A stretch of 64,000 nt of DNA from Paraspadella gotoi (taxonomy: Eukaryota > Animalia > Chaetognatha): contig JBJCIZ010000028.1 in assembly GCA_051294375.1 (NCBI GenBank), positions 613,623 to 677,622 on the forward strand. Direction: 5' to 3'. The position numbers and the translations under genes are program-made. Positions 52,457 to 63,457 of the stretch are shown piece after piece (the first letter of the stretch is position 1; each line of letters begins with the position of its first letter). The notes beneath the pieces were generated by a model, which saw only the letters and a list, made by a program, of their open reading frames with translations, did no database searches and had not been told where the DNA came from.

Positions 52457-52943
52457 GAGGTTGCTCGACCTCATTGGAATGATTTCCGACCCAGATTTCG
52501 GAAGCCGAATCCAGAAAAGGAAGAGTAATTTCCGGAAGAGGAAAAGAAGGTTCCGGAAGAGGAAACTGGCTTGCCGTTTATAAAAATTGTTTAGACAATA
52601 TACATCTTTGCTTCACGTTTCTGTTTTCATTTTCTTCAGCGAGCCGGAAGTTTCCAACATCGCCAAAGTTTCTTCGTCGCCTAAAAAGACGACGGGATCG
52701 ATCGCCACGCCCACTGCCAAGAAAGACGACGACGACGACGAAGACGACGACGACGAAGAAGAGGAAGAATCTTCTGAAGAATCGAGCGACGAGGACGCCG
52801 CGGCGGGGAGCCCAGCCAAACCGACGCCTGCCGCTGCCGCAGCGCCGTCAAAATCGGTCGCAGCAGGAAAAGCGGAAGCGTCGGATTCCGATGAGGAGGA
52901 GGAAGAAGATGATTCGTCCGAGGAAGAAGAAGAAGAAGAGTGA
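47680..52943 (+). CDS. UBTF: Upstream binding factor (UBF), multi-HMG-box RNA Pol I factor, about 11 exons
   Basis: UBF dimerisation domain DWTKEETNRLLDRISARLPPNDVLKFQTQQERMDWEAVA...CKAKW...RTFKTMSELV; HMG boxes PAKPSTPLQLF, PTKPPGNGYSIF, PQKPFDAIRVF, PKKPPMNGYTVF; acidic tail. Confidence 0.88.
49776..49970 (+). repeat. About 97-bp tandem duplication spanning a UBTF 3' splice site and exon start
   Basis: GCCCACTTATAG...AACCT(C/A)GGAATCCCAACGAAGCCCCCAG(T/G)AAACGGATAC occurs twice. Confidence 0.9.
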
Positions 52944-53685
52944 CTGTGTTAAATCTATCATTAATAATATCACCATTGATTTAAAAAAAACATATATTTC
53001 AGAATTAATCTTTTTTTTTTTTTCGTTTTTACCGAAAATCGTCGACTCGTTATATTAATCATTAAAAAAATTGTTTTAGTTAAAATTCCCTCCTTCCCTT
53101 TTTCCTCATGTTTGTTGTTTTTCCGGCCAATCAAGTTTTTTTTTTTGTTTTTTTTTGTTAATCCTCTCTCGTTTGTTTGTTTGTTTGTTTCGTCTCCCCG
53201 AATTTATTCCAGTTTGTTATTAATTTCTCGAACAGTTGGTTGTCTATTGACAATGATGAAAAGGTTATACTATTATAATATTGTTAAATATACCATTCCG
53301 AACCGAAATTTCCTGGGAATGTAATTGACTCGAATTGAAAAATAATTCCGTTACTCTTTGAACATTTATCATTCGATATCCGAAGCGTCGAAGTTTTTTC
53401 GCTCATTGACTTTTTTCTTTTTTCGACTGAACATTATTGATCATTCGTTTCGCTCGAGTCGTTGACGCCATCATCAGTGGCCACTGGTTTCGCTGGTTAT
53501 TGTAAATCGCTTTTTGTCCCTCGTCGACGCCGTCTGAAACAAAGCGGCGACCCAATTTTCTTTTTCCTCCTCTCCCATTTTTTTCCGTGAAAAAAAAAAT
53601 CATACATTTTTTTTCCAAATGTCCGATCATCGATTGTTTACTTCAGGTCTTTTTAATTTGTTAAAAACTCAAAAAATTGTCGGTC

Positions 53686-56600
53686 ATGCGGACGGAACTC
53701 GTCTCCGATCCTTTGTCGGTCGTCGATCGACTCTTCACGGCGGAATTGGCGGCAGCCGCCGACCGAACTCTCGCCGCCAAGAACGCCGTCAAGGTCATCT
53801 CTCGCCATTTCGCCGCCGAAGCGGCGGGCGTCGACGTTCCGTCTTTGAACGACGCCGAGAGAGACCGTCTGGTCGACGGGACGCTGGTCCGGTTTCGAGG
53901 GATGGTGCAGGTATGTGAATGTCTCGGGAGACATAGGGATAATGACAGATAGTATTATTATATTTGTTTTAACATGCTGTTTAGCCTTTTGGATGTTGTG
54001 AGTTTTTCATCAATGACCTTCTAACGGGAATAATTTACGATATCTATGTAGAAAATTAGGGCAGAAAGTAATTTAACCTTGTGTTGTATAGATGCTCCCT
54101 CTTTTTTCAGAAGACAACACTATCATCTGCATCCTAAATTAAATAGGGGATAATAGGGAATATAGGGGAAAAAAATAAATAAAATGAGATGTTTATTCGT
54201 TTAAATTTGTGTATACATTTACTTTCCTTTTCGTTGCGTTTCGAATTTAGAGAAAAACAATTTTTTGAATTGTTTGTCAACGAATTATATTTGGACAATT
54301 AGTTAGTCGGACATGTTTCGACTCTGCAGTTGAAGATGAAGACTCTCACTGCAAAGTCGAAACACAACTAAATAATTGTCCAAATATGATTCGTTGACAA
54401 ACAATTCAAAAAATTGTTTTTCTCTGAAATCGTTTAAATTTATATCTCAATGTTAGGACACGTTCGAGTCGGAGATATTCGTTGGGGCTTTGTCGAAGAC
54501 GACGACGACGCCGATCTGCGGCCTTTTCCGCGATTCCATCTCCGGACCGGAAGGATGGAACTTAGATCTGGAGTCGCGGGACAACGTGCTGCTTGACAGG
54601 TGAACGACGAATACGAGGAAGTTACAAAACATGATAATGACAATAGTGACAAAATGACAATGACACGATCTTTTTTCGCGACATGTTGAAATTGTCTTGC
54701 GTTGCTTCGTTGTTATCAAGAGTTTCTAGACTCCTAAAATGTTTCATTGTGGACGCAATGTATCGAATTCTACATCATGACAGATCACCGTAAAACGTCT
54801 TCTTGCTTATCATACACGGATTACGTTATTCCGTAATCGTCAGCCGCGCTTTTTTACGTCCTCGCTAGTTCAGACCGCTGCCTCTCGTGACGAGTAAATC
54901 CAAACGCAATATGTAAATCGACTTTTGGGAAATTAAAAAAATGACTGAAGACGAAAGTATATGACCGGGACCATAAAATATTACTAGTTATTAATTAACG
55001 GGCTTTCAAGAGTTTAAAGCTCAGCTCAATGCACAATTATATAAATTGAATTAAGAAATAAGTTTATAAAATGACTCAATTTTCGATTATCTCTACCAAA
55101 TGTTAGGCAGTCGCTCTACCTCGTTCCTATTCCCGCCGAGACTGCGTGGGCGAAGAGTCTCGGAAGGACGGAGGAGGAAATCATGGAGGCGGAGCCGTCG
55201 ACGAGCTCCTCCGATGCCTCGGTAAATATACTTAAAATATATATATAAAAAATGGTTAAATAATAAGTATGATTAAATAAATATTTATTTTAAGCGAACG
55301 AAACGTGGCGTAGACGACGACGAGGAATCGACGACCGCTAAGAGAATCAAACCGGACGACGCAGCCGCCGCCGCGGCCGAGCGGCGAGGCGGCGACGGCC
55401 GGGGAAGCGGCAGCTCCGCGCCTTTCGATCTCAACTTTCCGTTGACTGGGGAAAAAGGTAAGGGTGATAATCTTATTCTTGCATTTAAGTAATAAAAAAT
55501 AATAAATACAAGAGGAAGGGCTAACTTTTGGAATCGTCATCATGGCATCGAAAACGAACCGGATTTAATTTATTTATTTATTACTTTAAATAGTCAATAA
55601 GTATAACTCGTCTGTAATTTGTATGTTTCTGAATTCGATGATACTAATGAAGTCTTTCATCCAGGCCCGGCCGTCATCGCCAAAGTCTACGACGCCGACG
55701 CCGTCGGACTCAAAGTCTGCGACGTCTGTGAATTTCTCGGAATTCTCTCATTTGATTCGCCGCAAGGTACGTGAGAAAGAGACGGACGGTACGGATGGAT
55801 AGACGGACAGACGGACAAAATACCAACCATAAAGACATAAAGACAGACATGATCTTAGAATTAAAAAAAATTCACTTTTATCTTTCTCTCTCTCTCTTCC
55901 TCTCTTTCTCTCTTCCTTCCCTCCCTCCTTCTCTCTCCCCCCTCCCCACAGACCCCCCTCCCTTCTCCTCCCTCTCCTCCCTCTCCTCCCTCTCCTCCAC
56001 CGATCCCTCCGACTCTTCCACCCCGATGGACTTTTCCTCTCCCGACTTCGACGCCCCCCCTTCGCCCCCTTCCTCCCTCGTTCCTCGCCTCCACGTCCTC
56101 GTCGTCCACAAACTCTCCGTCGACGACGCCGCCACGCCCGAGCGCCTCCGTCTCTTGGACGACGCCGATCTTCGACGAGCCTTGGCCGAAGAGTTGAAGG
56201 CGACGCCGCCCGACGCCGGGCGGACGTTGAGGACGATGTTGACCTCGTTGTTGATGGGGGACGAGTTGGCGGCGAAGTATTTGGCTTGTCATTTGGTGTC
56301 GTCTGTCTACAGGTGACGAAAGAGACGACTTTGGATGTTGGTCAGTTTGTTTGTTCAAATTTGTTCGTTTAATTTTAATTTTTCTGTCTCGTAAGAGAAA
56401 TGGAGAACCTTAAAATCTTATTCCGCGTCCAAAGATAGGAGGAAGATATCTTGTTCGTTTAATGAATGTATTGGGGAGACGTGTGTATGTATTAGCTATA
56501 CAATANNNNNNNNNNTCATAGTAGATTTCTACTATTAGTGAATATGTTTTAAATTAATCTTTTTCTTCTCGCTCCCCCTTCAGTCGTCGTGACGTCCGGC

Positions 56601-58301
56601 CGATCGGACAAATGAGCCTCAACTTCTCCAACGCTCCGCCTGGCCATCCTCTCCCCAAACGAATCGCTCAGGTCTTGGCGCTTCTTCGCCCCGCCGTCGA
56701 TTTGCTGCCCATGTCGCTCGAGGTCTTGAACGGACCCTCCTTCGTTCCTGTGAAGGTGAGAGAGAAAGAGAGTCAGTCAGTCAGACAGATAACACAGAGA
56801 TAGAAAAAATAAAGATGAAATGCTGTTAAAACTATTCTTGAATGCGCCAGGACTACGAAGCGAACCGCCTGGTGAGCGGACGTCTTCAACTCGCCCGCGG
56901 GACGGAGATCCTCGCCGACGAGACTCTTCTCTCCGCCGGACGCCTCGACGAACGCGGAGTCCGCAACTTGGCCGCCCTCGGCAACGTCGTCCGCTGGCAA
57001 AAGGTCAATTTTTTTGTGGTTTTTTAAATCCTATTTGCATATTGTAGCAAATGGGAGATTTTTTTTCTCGGATTTCTGTGATTAGGTTTTTTTACCGAGT
57101 TTTATGGTTTTGATGGTTAATTTTAGTAAAGTTTTATTATATTTCGAAAGAATTAACTGCTAATCAGTATTTCCTAGGATCTTTGTATATATATTTCATC
57201 TTATAACATTCATCTTATTCTTATAACATGCCTCACAGGTCGACTACGACTTTAAGTGGAACTCGCAGGAGATTCCCACCGATCTCCGCTTCGTCGTCGT
57301 CAGCGAAGGAAAGTCGATCCTCCCCGCGGATTTTCACGTTCCGCTGAGACCCTCGACCGGAGTCGTCGCCCCGGCGGAGGAATACGATAGACTCTTGGAC
57401 GAGGTGAGAGTTTTTTTTTTTTTTTTTTTTTAAATTTTACTTATTGGATTTTACTCTTCTCAATCTAACCCCCACCCCCCCCTCTCAGAAAATTCCCCCC
57501 CTCTCTCTCCCTCCCTCCTCGCTTCCCTCCGTCTCTTCTCTCTCATCCCTCCGTCGCGTCTCCTACGAAGTGGACGAGGAGACGCAGAGACTCGTCGAGG
57601 AAGACTTCGTCGCCGCCAGAGCCGCCGATCGACAGGTTGTTTTTATTTAATAATCAATTATTAAATAAAGAATTTTAAATAACTTACAATTTGTTGAGAG
57701 AATTAATTATTTGTTGATATTTTAAATTGGTGGAAGGGTAGTTTTTTGAGACGATTCTTCTCATGATGGTGCGAAAGAAGTTATGACTATTTAATTTTAT
57801 ATTAATTTTGTTCGGAACATATTGATGTTACGATTAACAATTTTTTTTTTATCATATAAGCGTGAGAGGATGACCGATGATCCTTGACCATTCCCCAGAA
57901 AAATGAAAAAAAAAAAAAAAATTCTGAAACAGTCATTGTTCGGGGAACGTTTTAAAATAAATTATCCGCGTGTTGTTTTTATTCTACATAAGGCAGAGTT
58001 ATTCATTTCAGTCGTAAAACCGAAACTTTCCCGTTTTTAATTATCAAACTCAACTCCCCTTCGATCGCAGAGCATGACGGTGGAAGACTTCGAACGCCTC
58101 CTCCTCCTGGCGCGATACTCGACGCTGCTGGACGCCGCCTCCGCTGCCGCCGCCGCAGAGTCCGCCGCAGCTGGAAAAGTCTCGCTGAGTCTCGAGACTT
58201 GGAACGAGTGTCGACGGATGGAGGAGGAAAGGAAAGGAAGGATCCCCGAGCCGAGGATGGAGGGCGGAGGAGACGAAGGGAGAGTCGGCGTCGAAATGTG
58301 A
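53686..58301 (+). CDS. MCMBP: Mini-chromosome maintenance complex-binding protein, about 11 exons
   Basis: VPSLND...[14 protein letters not shown]; [17 protein letters not shown]; FDLNFPL; SLVPRLHV; [20 protein letters not shown]; [19 protein letters not shown]; VEEDFVAAR. Confidence 0.94.
54246..54428. mobile_element. Near-perfect 180-bp inverted repeat (MITE or hairpin) in MCMBP intron 1
   Basis: Arms 54249-54301 and 54373-54425 are reverse complements with one mismatch (a G-U in RNA); inner arms TGTTTCGACTCTGCAGT / ACTGCAAAGTCGAAACA. Confidence 0.85.
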
Positions 58302-58992
58302 ACCGTCTTCACGAATGTGAAACTCCAGAACGGCGACGGTGACGGGTGACTTGGCGATCGTTTGTGACGATTTGGATGAATTCTTCTTGGTGACCGAGGT
58401 CTATTCATGAGGTTACCGAGTCCCCACAAACTGTTAAATTCCTTTTTTGTTTTCCCCTTATATCCTTTATTTTTTATAAGCATTCGCGCTCAAATGTTAT
58501 GACTGATGGCTCTTACAAGTGCTAATTTTATATTGATCTTACTTCGTGTTTATCGGACGGTCATTAGGAGCCTCTATTTTTCGTTGCGATTGCTTACAGC
58601 ATTTCCTTTTGTAATTCACTTTGTCGGTTTGTCGGTCTAAAACGAAAAGGAGCGGGGTCAGAATCATAAATACTGGTTTAGTTTCATCAACGAAAACATT
58701 TTTTTGTTACATTCTTTACCTTTTTGTACGTTCTTTATACTGCTGATTAAACGAAAAAATATGCAAAACGACCCAAACCAAAAAAAGAAAAAAACTCAGC
58801 GGCGGAAATCCTCCATCTCCCCGTGAAGCGAATCCTGCATATCCTTACAAAACCCGTCCAGGGGTGTCCTTCAAAAAATCCGCAAAAACTTCCAGGCTTC
58901 CAGCCGACTGCGTTCCCTTTCTCTATTTTTCATAATGATGGTAATAAAGATTTTTTTACTTTATTCTTATATAAATTTAATTAAAAGCGAAT

Positions 58993-59031
<39 letters not shown>

Positions 59032-59344
59032 TAAAAAATCTGAAAAATAAAAACGAAGACTGTGCATGCTTTATGATTATGTTTTATTACTTTACCTTAA
59101 TCCGAGAAATTAATTGGAATAAAATTATTTCCTTTTTATAAACATTATTTTCAACTTAATTTTCTAACTTTATTTCATTTGGCGCTTGTAGACTAATCCG
59201 TCACTCTTTTTAGGTCTTATATTTACCTCGGGGCGGAGAAAAAAGCCCTCACGCTAACGTTTAATCTTTGTGGTTGATCCTTGTAAAAAACCAAATAAAA
59301 TTGCCTTCTCATTCAAAATTGTTACTACCTTGTCCTCAAAGTCG

Positions 59345-59630
59345 ATCCCATCTAATCTGTCGGCGATTTTTGCGACTCCGTTGCCCGGGCAAGCCTGATG
59401 TAGGCCTGAACTTGTTTTCATCGAATAAATATATTTTGTCTTTCAGGGCTTTCCACCGTTGGCGACATCCCCGTTCCTGTCTAAAATATCCCTGGAGATG
59501 TTCTTTTCCTGATGTGGGACATTTTTCTCGGCCGATTATTGCCCATTTGTACGTTTCGGATATCCATTCTTTAAATTTAGTTTCGTAGATTTCGTTGTTT
59601 AAAAATAGTGAAGACGTATAGTGATCCCAC
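59345..59630 (-). pseudogene. Degraded CRESS-DNA-virus-type HUH Rep endonuclease domain
   Basis: KWAIIGREKCPTSGKEHLQGYF (motif II, HLQG). Motif-I-like LYVFTIF lies upstream in a shifted frame and AYIRLARATESQK (resembling the segment before motif III) downstream in a shifted frame. No YxxK or Walker A seen. Confidence 0.78.
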
Positions 59631-60177
59631 TGTATTTCTTTTCGCATTCAGAAGTTTTTTCTTCGTCTCCTAGATCCTAAGAAAAAAGAAAAAAGATATT
59701 AACGCGTTTTCGAAAACGTTTTCGTTTTGAGGTCGACGCAACTTGAGACGCGACTGCATCCAAGTTTGAGTGTTGCTCTACTTAAATGTTGTTCGTGATG
59801 ATTCCGTCACCAATGTTTTAGGTGAGATTGACGTACGGACAAAACGTTCGCCCGCCTCTTTTGCTTCTGAAACTGCCACCTCGGCAGCCACCTCCGCGTA
59901 TAACCACCTATTTCTTGCGTTTGAGTTTGCTTGCGATGTGATAAGTTATTGTAAATTTGTCGTTATGGTGTGAAAAGGTGGTATTTCTATCGTTTCATTT
60001 GTATTGTAAGTGTGGTGGATAAAGTTGAAGAAATAATTCTTGTAACAGTATCCGTTAGTGTGAGACATTCAAAGAATTATTAGGCAAATATTTAATTATT
60101 ACTGTGGTATTATTTTTTATGTCCCTTGTATTTTGTTGCGCATTTATTCATTTATTTAACCTTTCAATAATTTTTAA

Positions 60178-60573
60178 TCATTTTTTTATTTTTTTATTTT
60201 TTGCTTTGAACTTGAACGAATAAAATAAAACAATTTTGGGAGGAAAATGTCCCCAATAAATATTAACGCCAATCCGAACTACCGGAAGTGGCGACGGTTG
60301 ATGTCTTTGTCTTTGCCTTCTTATTTTCTTGCGTAAAAACTTGACAAGAACTATGCAGAGCGGTATTAGGGTGAAAAATCCAAGAGCCAAGATCGTTAAT
60401 GTTAAAATGAGCAATCCGGATTCCGCATTAGTCATTTCGTCGTTGGTTCCACGTTCATCGTTGGAGGAGGATGGTGACGACGGGCACGCTTTTGGGAAAG
60501 GAGACGTCGAAGAATGATCAAGATCGCGCCACATGGCGCGACGAACAAATTGGGAGCCGCTCGGTCCGGCCAC
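60178..60573 (-). CDS. Small single-pass membrane protein, unknown
   Basis: Hydrophobic GLLILTLTILALGFFTLIPLCIVLV followed by basic KFLRKKIRRQRQR. Confidence 0.4.
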   Translation of the reverse strand: MAGPSGSQFVRRAMWRDLDHSSTSPFPKACPSSPSSSNDERGTNDEMTNAESGLLILTLTILALGFFTLIPLCIVLVKFLRKKIRRQRQRHQPSPLPVVRIGVNIYWGHFPPKIVLFYSFKFKAKNKKIKK

Positions 60574-60669
60574 GTTAAGGGGTTAAACAGTTCGTTTGGG
60601 AGCGGAGAGATGATTCGCGAAAGTCTCGGGAGAAAAGAATGGTGCGGAGGTGGAAGCGAATGCGGCTCC

Positions 60670-62354
60670 AGAAGCGGTAGCGGCGGGAGGATGCGAAGAC
60701 ATTCGAATTCTCTTCGCGCTCTTGTAAATGTCAAATTCTTTATGCAACTTTTTTTCGAAATTGCGGTATCATGGGTGGAATATTTCTCGGTCTTTCGTCT
60801 AACGGAAATGGCGTCCTCGATCTCAATCTCACATTTAGAAATCCTTGAAAGTTTTGTCTAAAAAAAAAAAGTGGTCCAAAACTTCCCCAAATTCTTTTAT
60901 GATGGCCTCCGTCTGGAATTATTTCTCTTTCCCCCAATCCTCCCTCCGCTCGTTTAGAAAAATCATATAAATTTATTTCAGTCATCATAACTGGTCCCTC
61001 GTTTAAAATTGGACATAAATTACACCAGCCGATGCCCAGGCACTCGTGGTCGCTCTTGGCGTAGCCCAAGAGATCCCGGGCAAGGGCGACGGCATTATGG
61101 TTGATGCTCGCCACGTCTTGAACAGAAAGATAAATTGGATCATTTTTTTGGGGTTTTATCTCAGTAGGTGCATTAAGTGTGCATCGTCTAGCGTCGTGCA
61201 TACAATTCACGAATCGACCTGTCAAACGCGCGCGAGAGATAAATGACTGCTCGCGGTTCCATCACTCGCGCGAACAGACATTTCGGGATATGAGAGAGAG
61301 AGAGAGACAGATAGAATATACCAACGTCTGTTCCATCCTCGATGGAACAGACACTCGGAACCAACGATGGTCTTATTTTTTTGCGGCTTAAAGCCATGGT
61401 GCCTCTATTTTCTTTCAACGAGTTGACAGCCCATACCCAGAGGCAATGTTTACCTCCCGTCACAATTCGTCAACCAACTTGTCATTTCTTAGCTAGAGGC
61501 AATGTTTACCTTCACTAATATGCGGGTTCCCCCGACTATCTTATTCCATAGTTAACTGACATCAATAGAAATATTTATTGACAAATATTTTTTATTTTTC
61601 AAACATAAGTTTCTACATCTATCAAAGGCATGGAACTAGCTACGACATTGTTACGGGCACAGGAGAATAACATAGAAACTAAACTACGAATTCTATTTTT
61701 GCATGTGCATGACAATAACACACAGAGAGAGAACAATAAACAGGATCAAAATTATGAGTGCAATCTCCGTCTCGTGTCCGCATGGGCGAGCGCGATGATC
61801 CACACCAACCGTTGCACCGGATAATCTTTAAAGCGATAAACATAATACGTTTAAATTTATTTTAATATTAAATATATTATTATTAGAAGCGGTAGCGGCG
61901 GGAGGATACGAAGACGTTCAAATTCTCTTCGCGCTCTTGTAAATGTCAAATTCTTTATGCAACTTTTTTTCGAAATTGCGGTATCATGGGTGGAATATTT
62001 CTCGGTCTTTCGTCTAACGGAAATGGCGTCCTCGCTCTCAATCTCACATTTAGAAATCCTTGAAAGTTTTGTCTTAAAAAAAAGTGGTCCAAAACTTCCC
62101 CAAATTCTTTTATGATGGCCTCCGTCTGGAATTATTTCTCTTTCCCCCAATCCTCCCTCCGCTCATTTAGAAAAATCATATAAATTTATTTCAGTCATCA
62201 TAACTGGTCCCTTGTTTAAAATTGGACATAAATTGCACCAGCCAATGCCCAGGCACTCGTGGTCGCTCTTGGCGTAGCCCAAGAGTTCCCGGGCAAGGGC
62301 GACGGCATTATGGTTGATGCTTGCCACGTCTTGAACAGAAAGATAAATTGGATC
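60670..62354. repeat. About 470-bp direct repeat: 60670-61141 and 61885-62354
   Basis: Both copies run from AGAAGCGGTAGCGGCGGGAGGAT to AACAGAAAGATAAATTGGATC with few substitutions and encode the same minus-strand peptide. Confidence 0.95.
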
Positions 62355-62365
62355 GTTAAAATTTC

Positions 62366-62545
62366 TCAAGTAGGCTGAGCGAGAACTTGCCCGAGGCAAG
62401 AAGAAAAAACTATTATTAAGACAACCCACATTTCCAAATATCGTCCGCAAATGCCATACATAATGGTTAAAAAGGGGATTAAGTTAGTGAGAACGAAGCG
62501 AACCTCGTGTCTGTACAAATGCAATATATAAAATTCTAGAAACAT
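62366..62545 (-). CDS. Small hydrophobic protein, paralog of 62652-62834
   Basis: MFLEFYILHLYRHEVRFVLTNLIPFLTIMYGICGRYLEMWVVLIIVFSSCLG aligns without gaps to its neighbour. Confidence 0.6.
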   Translation of the reverse strand: MFLEFYILHLYRHEVRFVLTNLIPFLTIMYGICGRYLEMWVVLIIVFSSCLGQVLAQPT

Positions 62546-62651
62546 TTTGGGAGGGAGAGAGAGAGAGGCGAACAAATTTTATTAGTAAATTATTTATATA
62601 TATACATCGTTTTAGAAACGTGGATCGATCTTACGTATAAAAAACTTTTTT

Positions 62652-62834
62652 TTAACGAATGGAGGAAGCGAGGGCGTAACCCACGCAAGAAGAGAGAACT
62701 ATTACTAAAACGATCCACGTTTCTAAATACTCGCCGCGAACGGCGTAAATAACGGTTAGTAATGGAATTAAGTTAATGAGCAAAAAACTTAGATAATCTC
62801 TATAATAATACAAAATATACAATTCGAAAAGCAT
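62652..62834 (-). CDS. Small hydrophobic protein, paralog of 62366-62545
   Basis: MLFELYILYYYRDYLSFLLINLIPLLTVIYAVRGEYLETWIVLVIVLSSCVG. Confidence 0.6.
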   Translation of the reverse strand: MLFELYILYYYRDYLSFLLINLIPLLTVIYAVRGEYLETWIVLVIVLSSCVGYALASSIR

Positions 62835-62861
62835 CGAGGGAGAGAGAGAATGTACCGGTAA

Positions 62862-63457
62862 CTAACGACGGCGTTGGGAGTAAGAGGCGACTTCGGCGTC
62901 CGCGGCGAGTTCGTCTTCCGCCGCCTCGTATGTCTCCGGATCCTCCTCGTCGTTTTCGTCTATGAGGAGAGCGTCTTCCTCGTAATCGGGGGCGCGGTCG
63001 GCGTCGTCTTCGTCGTCTTCCTCGTAATCGGGAGCCGCTTCGTTGTTGACGTTGCCGTTGACGTTGGCGTCGGAGGTGGAAGAGGAGGAGGCCGGGTTCC
63101 GGTTCTCCTTGTCGGCTTCCCGGTCGTCCTCCTGGGGCAGGATCTCCCCGTCGTCGACGAGCCACTTCTCGGCGTGTTTGGGCGGCTCCGGATTCCGGTA
63201 GGAAGAAGCGTCGAAATCGCGAATCTTTCTTTTTTTCAAAGGAAGTAAACGTTCGAGCGCCGAGTCTATGAAGCGATCCGGTTTGACCGCGCGAGGAGGA
63301 AAGGAGGATAACGCCGTCGTCGAAGAATCGGGGAACGACTGTTTTCGTCAAAGTCTAGGGCTATCTTATCCACGTTATTGAGCAAAACGCACCACTCGCC
63401 GAAAGAGATTCCCACGTTTTGTTTGAACAAGACGCGGTCGACCTCCGTCGCCGACAT
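62862..63457 (-). CDS. Probable single frameshifted gene with an acidic C-terminus, unknown
   Basis: Overlapping ORF segments MSATEVDRVLFKQNVGISFGEWCVLL / KTVVPRFFDDGVILL / KKRKIRDFDASSYRNPEPPKHAEKWLVDDGE...PDYEED, with coding-like GC content. Confidence 0.45.

Noticed and set aside
60090-60105. CRESS origin nonanucleotide (AATTATTAC)
   Set aside because: Fits NANTATTAC but lies in AT-rich sequence with no convincing flanking stem.
60670-62354. LTR pair of a retrotransposon
   Set aside because: No TG...CA termini, PBS, PPT or gag/pol; the repeat is itself coding-like.
63360-63457. PC4-like ssDNA-binding motif (VGISFGEWCVLLNNVDKI)
   Set aside because: Resemblance is limited to a short stretch; not supportable without a profile search.
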